Origin: a virus
Length of the DNA: 10,694 bases
Reading direction: 5' to 3' (one strand)
Virus genome (UHGV): UHGV-0280588
Numbering within the stretch: the first letter of the stretch is position 1; each line of letters starts with the position of its first letter. The notes beneath the pieces were generated by a model. That model had not been told where the DNA came from. It made no database searches and saw nothing but the letters and a program-made list of their open reading frames with translations. The position numbers and the translations under genes were made by a program. Shown here one piece after another: positions 1-7,255 of the stretch.

Positions 1-435
1 AGCGACACTGGCTTCCAGCCTGTTACGGGAGGCTATCGCCTCAACAATCGCACCGAGCGTGGTGTCATGCCAGGAGCCTTCCCGGCGGGAATTGAGCGTC
101 CCGCGAAAATCTGCACTCCGGGCGCGGATGGTGACCACATCCGGAGCGCCCCGGTGTTCAACCTCATCAACGGTAAATTTCCCTTTGCATACCAGGGCAA
201 AACCTTTCCAGCCGATATAAACCGTCAGGACAGCGCCACGAACCGGCAGCCCGACCTGCCCGTCGGCATCGTTCAGTTCAATATCAAGCTGGTCAGCCTC
301 AAAGCCCCGGTTATCCGTCAGGGTCATGCTCATCAGACGGTCGCTGATATTGCCGGTAATATCCCTGCTGTCGAGCATCAGCATGTAATCCGGCGTCAGC
401 GTACTGCCTGCATCAAATGTCAGCGCATCCAGCAT
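1..435 (-). CDS. D: Tail protein D (gpD-like), N-terminal part; gene continues past the window start
   Basis: Minus-strand ATG at 435-433 overlaps the U stop (TAATG). Hand translation gives MLDALTFDAGSTLTPDYMLMLDSRDITGNISD..., which matches my recollection of the P2 gpD N-terminus and sits in the expected position after U. Absent from the ORF track, presumably because it has no stop inside the window. Openness of the frame down to base 1 was only checked for the first ~35 codons. Confidence 0.75.
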   Translation of the reverse strand, partial: MLDALTFDAGSTLTPDYMLMLDSRDITGNISDRLMSMTLTDNRGFEADQLDIELNDADGQVGLPVRGAVLTVYIGWKGFALVCKGKFTVDEVEHRGAPDVVTIRARSADFRGTLNSRREGSWHDTTLGAIVEAIASRNRLEASVA

Positions 436-914
436 TATCCCGCCCCCGTCATACCCGTGAATTTAGTCGCCATACTGCCAGCCTTACCGATGAGCGATTC
501 CGCCTGTTTACCGATATCGCCATAAAGCGCGGCCAGTGATTCATCAACGCGGGTGAGCGACAGCGTAAAATCAATTTTCCGGGGGGTGCCGTCTGCAAAG
601 AAAATACTCCCTGTTTCACTCACCTTGCTGATGACATACATGCCGTAAATCATGCCAGTGCCATCCAGCAACGGCCACGCCCGGCCTTCCTCTGCCATCA
701 GCCTGAGCGTGGTCATCGTCAGCTTCCCGCCGGTCAGTTCGGGATAAAGCACGCCGGCAAGCGTCATGTTTTCCTCACCCACACCGAGAAACTGAAAGGC
801 ATCCCGTTTACCGATACGGGAATTTGACGGCCAGCGATAATCTGATTCGCGCTGCATGGTCTGATGTGGCAGCGTCTGGCGCATAAAAACAAACATACCT
901 AACGCGAGCATCAT
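435..914 (-). CDS. U: Tail protein U (gpU-like)
   Basis: 159-aa ORF (MMLALGMFVFMRQTLPHQT...TGMTGAG) immediately downstream of the tape measure gene. GGAGGTG Shine-Dalgarno in the 14-bp gap 915-928. Size and position match P2 gpU. Confidence 0.88.
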   Translation of the reverse strand: MMLALGMFVFMRQTLPHQTMQRESDYRWPSNSRIGKRDAFQFLGVGEENMTLAGVLYPELTGGKLTMTTLRLMAEEGRAWPLLDGTGMIYGMYVISKVSETGSIFFADGTPRKIDFTLSLTRVDESLAALYGDIGKQAESLIGKAGSMATKFTGMTGAG

Positions 915-928
915 TTTTCGTCACCTCC

Positions 929-3376
929 TTAACCGTCATGCATCATGCTGGCACGGGCGCGCACACGTTTATCCCGCTCGTATTTTTCGAGCGCATCCTG
1001 TAACTGGCGGTCAAGCTGTGTCCCCGGCGCAGTACCACCCGTCAGGCTGATGTGATATTCGTTTTTACTCTGGTCCACATAAGAGCGGCCAGCCGGTGCC
1101 GTGACCGGCTGATAAGCCTGATAGCCTGCATAAGAGCTGGTCGCCGGAATATAACCACCGGTGCCATACGTGGCGGCATGAGTTCTGGCGGCGGTCTGGT
1201 CAAGTGTGTCTGACTCTTTGTTGATAACACCGAGTTTTTCCAGTACCCAGTCAATACCGCTGCGCAGTTTGTTGAACGCATTAAGCGGCAGCATCAGCGC
1301 GTCAGCCAGTGCCTGCCCGAACATGACGCCCGTGTCACGGCAACGGTTCAGGGTGTCCTGTGTGGCTTTAACCGGAGCAATCAGGTTTGTAAACCACTGC
1401 CACGCGGCCTGTAACTTTTCGCCCAGCCAGTCAAACACCGGCTTAAGTGGCGTGAACAGCTCCCCCACCGGCGCAAATGCCGCTTTCAGCCCTTCAACCA
1501 CACCGCCAAAGAATGCGCTGACAGGCTCCCAGTATTTACGGATAAGCAACGCCCCGGCGACAATGGCAGCCACCACGGCCACAACCGGCCAGCTAATCGC
1601 ACCGATGGCCGTCATAACGGCACTACCAACCGTCGTGAAGATTGCCCCCATTGCGCCTGCTGCCGCGATAATGGCATTGATGCCGGTGATAACCGGCCAG
1701 GCTACAAGGCCAATGGCACCGATGATGCCAGTCAGCGCCAGTGCACCGCCGGCAATGATGCCGATGGTTGACGCCAGTGATTTGTTTTTCTGTATCCAGC
1801 CGTCGAGTTTTAACACATACTTTGTGGCCGTCTGCGTGAGCTTACGCAGCGCGCCTTCCTGCTGGTCAAACAGGTCAGTCCCCACAGCCTCATAAGCGGA
1901 CTGAAACTCCTTAAAGTCACCGCCGAGGTTATCCTGCATGATTTTAACCAGCTCTTCCGTTTTACTGTCCGAGGCTTTCAGCGTGGCGGTCAGCGTATCC
2001 AGTTTTCCGCTTGCTGCCGCTGCCAGTAAAACGTTCGCTGATTTCAGGGCTTCCTCACCAAAAATGGTTTTAAGGTATTCCCCCTTCTGAGACGTTCCCA
2101 GCTTGTGTTTATCAAAGCTGGCCTGAATCTCTTTCAGAATGGTGAACAACGGACGCATATTTCCCTTTTTGTCCGAGGTTTTAACGCCAAGCTCTTTGAG
2201 TGCATCCCATGCTTTTCCAGTCGGAGCCTGTAATCGGGTGACAACGGCACTACTACCCGTACCCGCCATTGACCCCCTGATGTTATTGTCATGCAGCACA
2301 CCGGTCATGGCTGCTGCCTGCTCAAGACTTACACCTGCCGTTCTTGCGACCGGACCGAGGTAAGTCAGTGCATCACTGAGTCCCTGAAAATCAGCCGCCG
2401 ACTTATTCATCGTTGCCGACAACACGTCGCCCACATGGCTGACATCATCATTTGACAGTTGAAAGGATGCCTTAGTCCCCAGCAACAGTTGCGCGTTTTC
2501 TTCCATCGACCGCTGATTCGCCAGCGCCATATTCAGCGTGACCGGCGTTGCCGCCTGAATGGCATCAACATCCCCACCCGCTTTCGCGATGATTATCTGT
2601 GCACCGGCCGCATCATCCGCCGAGGCGGCGGTATTGTCGCCGAGCTGGCGCGCCTGTTTGCGTAGTGCGGTCATTTCGGCGGAGTCTTTTGCCACTCCGA
2701 GCACGGCCTGCAATTCTGAGTTTTTCTGCGCAAACTCATAACCGGGCATCAGCAACTTAACTCCGGCCATCGTTCCCGCCGCCGCAATCCCCACACCGGC
2801 AGCGCCCACTGAGGCCATATTTCCGGCCAGTTCCTTTCCGGCCTGATAACGCTGTTTTACTGCGTTAAGTTTTGCCTGTTGCGCACTGACACGCGCCAGC
2901 GCGTCACGCTGACGGTTAAGCTGTGCGGTGGTTTCACTGATACGATTTTTCAGTCCCTGCTCATCATGTGCAAGATTGCGGGTATTAATTCCCACAGCGG
3001 CCAGTTCCCGCTGCTGGCGTTTAACGGAATCCGTCAGGCGGTTATATTTCGCCTGTAAGTCCTCCGCCGCACGCTTTGCGGATTCCAGCACTTTCGCCTG
3101 AGCACGGGTCGGACGTTCGGTGTTTTTAAACTGTGTGGCAAGGGCTTCGGCCTCCTGCCGTGCCTTTTCAAGTGCATGACCAGTTACGGCGAGCTGTGCA
3201 CTGGTCTTGCGAAATCCCTCAATACGGGATGCGTGACCGTTCAGCTCGCGCAGTGATTTTTGTGTTTCCCGGATATCCCCCGACAGCGACCTGCTCGCTG
3301 TGCGGATGGATTTAAACGGGCGGGATGCCTGGTCAACAGCCCTGAGCAATACCTGTAATTTTACATTGTTACTCAT
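929..3376 (-). CDS. T: Tail tape measure protein (gpT-like)
   Basis: 815-aa ORF with a coiled-coil-like N-terminal half (many Q/R/A/L/E), a long Gly/Ala/Ile-rich hydrophobic block (IGIIAGGALALTGIIGAIGLVAWPVITGINAIIAAAGAMGAIFTTVGSAV...) and a C-terminal region, typical of tape measure proteins. Lies directly after E/E' as in P2. Confidence 0.92.
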   Translation of the reverse strand: MSNNVKLQVLLRAVDQASRPFKSIRTASRSLSGDIRETQKSLRELNGHASRIEGFRKTSAQLAVTGHALEKARQEAEALATQFKNTERPTRAQAKVLESAKRAAEDLQAKYNRLTDSVKRQQRELAAVGINTRNLAHDEQGLKNRISETTAQLNRQRDALARVSAQQAKLNAVKQRYQAGKELAGNMASVGAAGVGIAAAGTMAGVKLLMPGYEFAQKNSELQAVLGVAKDSAEMTALRKQARQLGDNTAASADDAAGAQIIIAKAGGDVDAIQAATPVTLNMALANQRSMEENAQLLLGTKASFQLSNDDVSHVGDVLSATMNKSAADFQGLSDALTYLGPVARTAGVSLEQAAAMTGVLHDNNIRGSMAGTGSSAVVTRLQAPTGKAWDALKELGVKTSDKKGNMRPLFTILKEIQASFDKHKLGTSQKGEYLKTIFGEEALKSANVLLAAAASGKLDTLTATLKASDSKTEELVKIMQDNLGGDFKEFQSAYEAVGTDLFDQQEGALRKLTQTATKYVLKLDGWIQKNKSLASTIGIIAGGALALTGIIGAIGLVAWPVITGINAIIAAAGAMGAIFTTVGSAVMTAIGAISWPVVAVVAAIVAGALLIRKYWEPVSAFFGGVVEGLKAAFAPVGELFTPLKPVFDWLGEKLQAAWQWFTNLIAPVKATQDTLNRCRDTGVMFGQALADALMLPLNAFNKLRSGIDWVLEKLGVINKESDTLDQTAARTHAATYGTGGYIPATSSYAGYQAYQPVTAPAGRSYVDQSKNEYHISLTGGTAPGTQLDRQLQDALEKYERDKRVRARASMMHDG

Positions 3377-3796
3377 TCGTGTTTCCGCTTCGCCGGAGCG
3401 CCTTTTCGCGCCATGTGATGAGTTCGGTCAGGCTCATGGGATACAGTTCTGATGGCGGCCAGTGAAATATCACTGCCACATCCGCCATCAGGTCATCGAC
3501 CGAGAGATTTTTCGGAAACGTCACTGCACCGAGTTCGGCGACAAAAAACCAACCACCTTACCGGCCAGCGCCACAAGGTCAGGCAGCTCCAGTGCGGCAA
3601 CCTCCTGCTCGGTCAGCATCGGTGCCGTCATGCGCGGCAGCACTTTAATCAGTGCATCGACTTCGGAGTTCGCGACCGCAGCCAGACTGACACCGCGCAG
3701 CGTCCCGGCACTGGGTTTCATCAGCGTGACCTGTTCGATAACCTGCTCACCACGCTTGACCGGATTGTCCAGGGTAATCACATTTTCTTTGTTCAT
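3369..3796 (-). CDS. E': Tail assembly chaperone E+E' made by -1 programmed ribosomal frameshift
   Basis: Slipping -1 at T_TTT_TTG (minus strand, 3548-3542) continues as VAELGAVTFPKNLSVDDLMADVAVIFHWPPSELYPMSLTELITWREKALRRSGNTNE (57 codons) to TAA at 3371-3369, overlapping the tape measure ATG (3376-3374). This is the arrangement reported for P2 E/E' and for lambda G/GT. Confidence 0.78.
3521..3796 (-). CDS. E: Tail assembly chaperone E (gpE-like), frame-0 product
   Basis: 91-aa ORF MNKENVITLDNPVKRGEQVIEQVTLMKPSAGTLRGV...AGKVVGFLSPNSVQ between the tube gene and the tape measure gene; small acidic chaperone in the position of P2 E. Confidence 0.88.
   Translation of the reverse strand: MNKENVITLDNPVKRGEQVIEQVTLMKPSAGTLRGVSLAAVANSEVDALIKVLPRMTAPMLTEQEVAALELPDLVALAGKVVGFLSPNSVQ
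3542..3548 (-). promoter_or_regulatory. Slippery heptamer T_TTT_TTG for the E/E' -1 frameshift
   Basis: Plus strand 3541-3550 is acaaaaaacc, so the minus strand reads GGT TTT TTG in the E frame; the -1 frame is open for 57 codons from here. Confidence 0.75.
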
Positions 3797-3824
3797 GGTT
3801 TTCTCACTTCTGAATCAGGGTTAA

Positions 3825-3845
3825 CCGGTCAGCCTGGCTGACCGG
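3825..3845 (-). promoter_or_regulatory. Intergenic stem-loop between FII and E (possible partial terminator or mRNA stability element)
   Basis: Perfect inverted repeat ccggtcagcc (3825-3834) / ggctgaccgg (3836-3845) in the 56-bp FII-E gap. No U-tract follows on the minus-strand transcript, so it is not a canonical intrinsic terminator. Confidence 0.3.
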
Positions 3846-3852
3846 ATGAAAA

Positions 3853-4371
3853 TCACAGGCCGATATTGCGGCGGTGTTGCTCCAGCCGGTCGACGCCGTT
3901 CACCTTCTCAATCATGTTGATGGTGTCGATTTCGACCAGCTCCTTACCGTCCATCGTCAGCCGGAAATAGGTGCAGACCACGGAGATTTTCGACTCGGTG
4001 TCTTCTCCCTGTTTCCCCTCGCCGGTGTCGATTTCTTTCTGACGTCCACGCATGACCACTTCAACGGCCACCGTTTCGCCGGTATCGTCACGCTGGTAAG
4101 AGCCAGCAAAACGAATCGGCACGGCATCCACACCGGTTGCGGCGTAAAGCTCCCAGATAACCGAATCCGGGAAGCCCCCGAGCGACCACTCCATTGACAG
4201 CGCATCGTCATCAAGGCCGAGGTCTACCGGTGCGCTTCCGTTCATCCCCGCACCGCGATAGTTTTCGAGTTTACGGGTCAGTTTTGGCAGCGTGACGGAC
4301 TTTGCAACGCCCTGATAGCTGTAGCCGTTCAGAAAGACGTTCATTAACTTGAGTTTGCGCGGCATTGCCAT
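3853..4371 (-). CDS. FII: Tail tube protein (gpFII-like)
   Basis: 172-aa ORF MAMPRKLKLMNVFLNGYSYQGVAKSVTLPKLTRKLENYRGAGMNGSAPVDLGLDD... directly downstream of the sheath gene (12-bp gap); matches contractile-tail tube proteins of the P2 FII family. Confidence 0.92.
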   Translation of the reverse strand: MAMPRKLKLMNVFLNGYSYQGVAKSVTLPKLTRKLENYRGAGMNGSAPVDLGLDDDALSMEWSLGGFPDSVIWELYAATGVDAVPIRFAGSYQRDDTGETVAVEVVMRGRQKEIDTGEGKQGEDTESKISVVCTYFRLTMDGKELVEIDTINMIEKVNGVDRLEQHRRNIGL

Positions 4372-4383
4372 CGGTCAGGCTCC

Positions 4384-5574
4384 TTAATTGCTGTTAACCG
4401 AGGTGACCAGATTTGCCAGGTATTTATCGGTAATACGCTGGCGCAGGGTCAGGTTTTCAAGAGGAGGCACCGGAGTATAGTCGTAGTCGATATACAGTTT
4501 TCCGGCCTTAAGGGTTTCCGCATCGTTGGATTCTTCGCTGAACCAGCAGGTCGCATCCACGATATAGCCGTTTGTTTTCAGCTCACGGAATTTGGCATTG
4601 ATGCCGTCAACGATGTCGCGAATCAGCGTTGCGGTGATGGGCTTGTCCACCGCCCACATGTGCGCCTCAGCCATCGTGTCGGCCAGCACCTGCGCGGTGC
4701 GGGTGTAGTTTTCAAAGAGGAACAGCGGGTCATCAGAGCAGGTACGGTTACCCCAGAAGCGGAAACCGTCGCGGCGAATCAGCGTTGTGACGCCTGACTC
4801 GTTAAGCAGGTCAGCATCGGTGCCGGACTCCTGCAAATCCCAGAATACAGAGGCGCTGATGCCGGTAACACCGTTCACCCCGACATTGGACAGCGTTTTA
4901 TGCCAGCCCTGCTCCTGGTCAATTCTGGCTCGCAGACCCAGCGCACGGGCGGTGGCATATGCGGTGGCGGTGGTACTGGTGACCGTATCCCATGCGAGGA
5001 AATCCGGCCAGATGACCATCAGCTCACGCTGGCTGAAATTCTGGCGGTAGGCTTTCACCTCGGAAATGGTCTTACAGCCCCATGCGCTGATATATCCGAA
5101 AGCGCGCAGCTTCTGACAGACTGATGCCAGTGCAACAGCCACCTCTTTGGTATCCAGCCCCGGCACACCAAGAATACGCGGTTTAACACCGGTTACCGAC
5201 TCTGCCGCCAGCAGAGCTTTCAGTCCGGTGTACTGACCATTTTCGTCGGTGGTGCCGATGATATTGGAAACGGTCTGCGCGAGTTTCGTTTCTTCGTCGT
5301 CGCCGGTGCCGTCTTCCACACGCACGACAACGGTGACCGGTTTTGACTGGTCAGCGATGGCCTGCAGCGACGCCGCCAGCGTGCCTTTTTTACCGGCCTT
5401 TGCAATTGCGCTCTGCACATTGGTAATCAGCACCGGTTTATTGAGGGGGAAGATTTCCGCATCCGCATCGCTGGCCGTGCAGACCATGCCGACAATGGCG
5501 GTGGATACGGTGGAAATGACGCGGGTGCCGTCGTTAATCTCCAGCACCTGCACGCCGTGATGATAGTCACTCAT
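4384..5574 (-). CDS. FI: Tail sheath protein (gpFI-like)
   Basis: 396-aa ORF MSDYHHGVQVLEINDGTRVISTVSTAIVGMVCTASDAD...; N-terminus and length match P2-type sheath proteins; followed by tube, E/E', T, U, D in P2 order. Confidence 0.93.
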   Translation of the reverse strand: MSDYHHGVQVLEINDGTRVISTVSTAIVGMVCTASDADAEIFPLNKPVLITNVQSAIAKAGKKGTLAASLQAIADQSKPVTVVVRVEDGTGDDEETKLAQTVSNIIGTTDENGQYTGLKALLAAESVTGVKPRILGVPGLDTKEVAVALASVCQKLRAFGYISAWGCKTISEVKAYRQNFSQRELMVIWPDFLAWDTVTSTTATAYATARALGLRARIDQEQGWHKTLSNVGVNGVTGISASVFWDLQESGTDADLLNESGVTTLIRRDGFRFWGNRTCSDDPLFLFENYTRTAQVLADTMAEAHMWAVDKPITATLIRDIVDGINAKFRELKTNGYIVDATCWFSEESNDAETLKAGKLYIDYDYTPVPPLENLTLRQRITDKYLANLVTSVNSN

Positions 5575-5633
5575 CCGTTTAACTCCGTGGTTAATGGGTG
5601 AGTGGTATTTTCAGTTGTGCCGGAGATGTCAGG

Positions 5634-6227
5634 CTATTTGTCCCGGTTGGCTAAGGGATGACACAATTTATTCTTTGTCGCTGATGAGGGGAATTTTTTA
5701 TAGAGCGTGGACAGGCCAATATCAAAAATCAGCGCCACACGTTGACGAGATTCCCCCGCAGCCAGCAACCGTCCGACCTGCTCCCACTCACTCGCGGTGA
5801 GTTTCGGACGTCTGCCACCAATACGGCCTTTGGCTCTGGCCGCTTCCAGTCCGGCGCGTGTCCGCTCGACAATGAGTTCTCGTTCCATTTCAGCCAGGGC
5901 ACCCATCACATGAAAGAAAAAACGCCCCATCGGCGTGCTGGTATCAATAGCATCCGTCAGGCTGCGAAAATTAATGCCGCGTTCGCGCAGTTCCTCAACC
6001 AGAATGACCAGATGCCGCATACTACGCCCCAGCCTGTCCAGCTTCCAGACCACCAGAGTGTCACCTGCTGATAATGTTCTGAGCAGTTTTTTCAGTCCCG
6101 GTCGGTCGGACTTCGTGCCGCTGATTTTATCCTCAAAAATCAGCTCACATCCTGCGCACTCCAGCGCGTTACGCTGCAATTCCGTGTTCTGGTCATTTGT
6201 TGACACGCGTACATAGCCAATAAGCAT
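5634..6227 (-). CDS. pin: Serine DNA invertase, Gin/Pin/Hin/Cin family
   Basis: Translation MLIGYVRVSTNDQNTELQRNALECAGCELIFEDKISGTKSDRPGLKKLLRTLSAGDTLVVWKLDRLGRSMRHLVILVEELRERGINFRSLTDAIDTSTPMGRFFFHVMGALAEMERELIVERTRAGLEAARAKGRIGGRRPKL... carries the catalytic YVRVST serine motif and is near-identical in pattern to Gin/Pin as I recall them. Start set at the second ATG (6227-6225), which aligns with the MLIGYVRV start of homologues and has AGGGGGA well spaced upstream; the track's start at 6233 adds two residues. Confidence 0.92.
   Translation of the reverse strand: MLIGYVRVSTNDQNTELQRNALECAGCELIFEDKISGTKSDRPGLKKLLRTLSAGDTLVVWKLDRLGRSMRHLVILVEELRERGINFRSLTDAIDTSTPMGRFFFHVMGALAEMERELIVERTRAGLEAARAKGRIGGRRPKLTASEWEQVGRLLAAGESRQRVALIFDIGLSTLYKKFPSSATKNKLCHPLANRDK
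6120..6144. promoter_or_regulatory. Candidate recombinational enhancer / Fis-binding palindrome inside the 5' part of pin
   Basis: gctgatttt (6120-6128) and aaaatcagc (6136-6144) are exact reverse complements around a 7-bp spacer, with G...C ends and an AT-rich centre like Fis sites. It lies about 85-105 bp into the invertase gene, where Hin/Gin/Cin enhancers are located. Confidence 0.3.
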
Positions 6228-6282
6228 GAGCATCCCCCTGAATAAAAACCGGAGATGATGCCACTTGCCCGTTATCTATGCA

Positions 6283-6308
6283 TTTTCATAAACGTTGGTT
6301 TGGGAGAA
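6283..6308. promoter_or_regulatory. Invertase crossover site (gix/hix-like, pin-proximal)
   Basis: TTTTCATAAACG TT GGTTTGGGAGAA, a 12+2+12 site closely resembling hixL (TTCTTGAAAACC AA GGTTTTTGATAA as recalled). The inner half-site plus 9 further bases (6295-6315, ttggtttgggagaagccagat) recur in inverted orientation at 7731-7751. Confidence 0.72.
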
Positions 6309-6989
6309 GCCAGATTCTCTGGTCGTTTGTTAAACACGAATATTTTTAAAAGCTCTGGAAAATATATCCCAACACCAGGGACAAAAAAGATAAGGGTCAT
6401 TGCCTCTGGTGGCGGTGGCGGCGGCGGTGGGGTTCCTGAAACAACAGAAAATCAGCAGGCAACAGCCGGAGCTGGATTGAGCGGCGCATTTATTGAAGCA
6501 TTTTTCGAGGTTGATAATGATTTCGAAGTCAACGTTATTATCGGTGCTGCAGGTAAAGGTGGGGGAGCCGGAAGAAATTCAGGTAGTGAAGGTGGCACAA
6601 CTTATTTCGGTTCCATGATAACTGCACCTGGTGGTACAGGCGGTGGCGCGGGGGGAGCATCTGCAAACACATCATATATTCAGGGTATTTCATGGGGTGC
6701 CAGTCCGACATCGTCCGGTACTGTACTAAGAGCATTTCGCTGTAGTGCAAAAACACCAGGAGCAATGGTTATCTCTGTTAAAGCTGTAGCAGGTGGTACC
6801 GGGGGGGATACACCATTAGGTTCAGGCGGTATAGGTGGTGCAAGTTCTTCATCATTCAGCGGACGTGGTGGTGGTAAAGCTGAGGGCTTTGGTGCTGGCG
6901 GAGGCGGAGCCTGCGCACCTGCTGGAAGTGAGGCTCAATCGGGAGGTGACGGTGCCCCGGGAATAGTTATTGTTGAGGAGTATGCCTGA
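6297..6989 (+). CDS. Silent alternative tail-fibre C-terminal cassette, glycine-rich (230 aa), expressed only after inversion
   Basis: Plus-strand frame GLGEARFSGRLLNTNIFKSSGKYIPTPGTKKIRVIASGGGGGGGGVPE...GAPGIVIVEEYA shares the crossover-encoded GLGEAR with the H constant part in the same codon phase (junction codon xTT at both sites). Part of track ORF 6255-6989, whose ATG lies outside the segment. Confidence 0.72.
   Translation, partial: GLGEARFSGRLLNTNIFKSSGKYIPTPGTKKIRVIASGGGGGGGGVPETTENQQATAGAGLSGAFIEAFFEVDNDFEVNVIIGAAGKGGGAGRNSGSEGGTTYFGSMITAPGGTGGGAGGASANTSYIQGISWGASPTSSGTVLRAFRCSAKTPGAMVISVKAVAGGTGGDTPLGSGGIGGASSSSFSGRGGGKAEGFGAGGGGACAPAGSEAQSGGDGAPGIVIVEEYA
6408..6431 (+). repeat. 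(GGY)8 trinucleotide run encoding Gly8
   Basis: GGT GGC GGT GGC GGC GGC GGT GGG read directly from the sequence, inside the glycine-rich cassette. Confidence 0.9.
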
Positions 6990-7255
6990 TGAGTAATTTT
7001 GCTCTGATTGAACATGGCGTGGTGAAAAATATTATTATCTGGGATGGAGAGGGGGATTTATTCTCTAATTGCGAAATTATAAATATTGATCATATAGATG
7101 CAGGCGTCGGTTGGTTCTATTCTGACGGAGAGTTTATAGCACCACCGGAACCGGAAATGACTGAATATGATGTTGGTAATATCGACGCGGTGATGGAAGC
7201 AGATACCAGCACCGCGCCGGGGGTTATCTGGCCAGTTCCACCTGAGATGGTTTAA
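6989..7255 (+). CDS. Putative short tail-fibre assembly/chaperone protein for the glycine-rich cassette
   Basis: 88-aa ORF whose ATG overlaps the cassette stop (ATGA). C-terminus ...DTSTAPGVIWPVPPEMV resembles the conserved C-terminal motif of lambda Tfa as I recall it (...RVDTSTAPDIEWPAVPVME). Much shorter than typical Tfa/gpG/U proteins (about 175-195 aa). Confidence 0.5.
   Translation: MSNFALIEHGVVKNIIIWDGEGDLFSNCEIINIDHIDAGVGWFYSDGEFIAPPEPEMTEYDVGNIDAVMEADTSTAPGVIWPVPPEMV

Noticed and set aside
67-525. Plus-strand 152-aa ORF
   Set aside because: Lies antisense to the minus-strand D and U genes, which have recognisable products and coupled overlaps; no ribosome-binding site context; an open antisense frame is expected in GC-rich coding DNA.
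1206-1895. Plus-strand 229-aa ORF (with 1042-1281, 2139-2363, 2459-2741 and 3133-3315 ORFs)
   Set aside because: All lie inside and antisense or out of frame to the 815-aa tape measure gene; their Ala/Pro/Ser-rich translations are typical shadow frames.
3452-3841. Plus-strand ORFs 3452-3841 and 3462-3824
   Set aside because: Antisense to E and the E' extension; the E' frame on the minus strand explains the lack of stops here.
5575-5720. P2-type late promoter (TGT-N12-ACA dyad) upstream of the sheath gene
   Set aside because: TGT and ACA triplets are present but none with the 12-bp spacing, so no promoter is called; kept only as an open question in the findings.
5742-6216. Plus-strand ORFs 5742-6071 and 5935-6216
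   Set aside because: Antisense to the invertase gene, whose identity is unambiguous.
6231-6233. First ATG of the invertase ORF as the start codon
   Set aside because: Homologues begin at the MLIGYVRV methionine (6227-6225), and the AGGGGGA Shine-Dalgarno is correctly spaced for that ATG but abuts the first one.
6538-6765. Minus-strand 75-aa ORF
   Set aside because: Lies inside and antisense to the glycine-rich cassette; His/Leu/Tyr-rich shadow translation.
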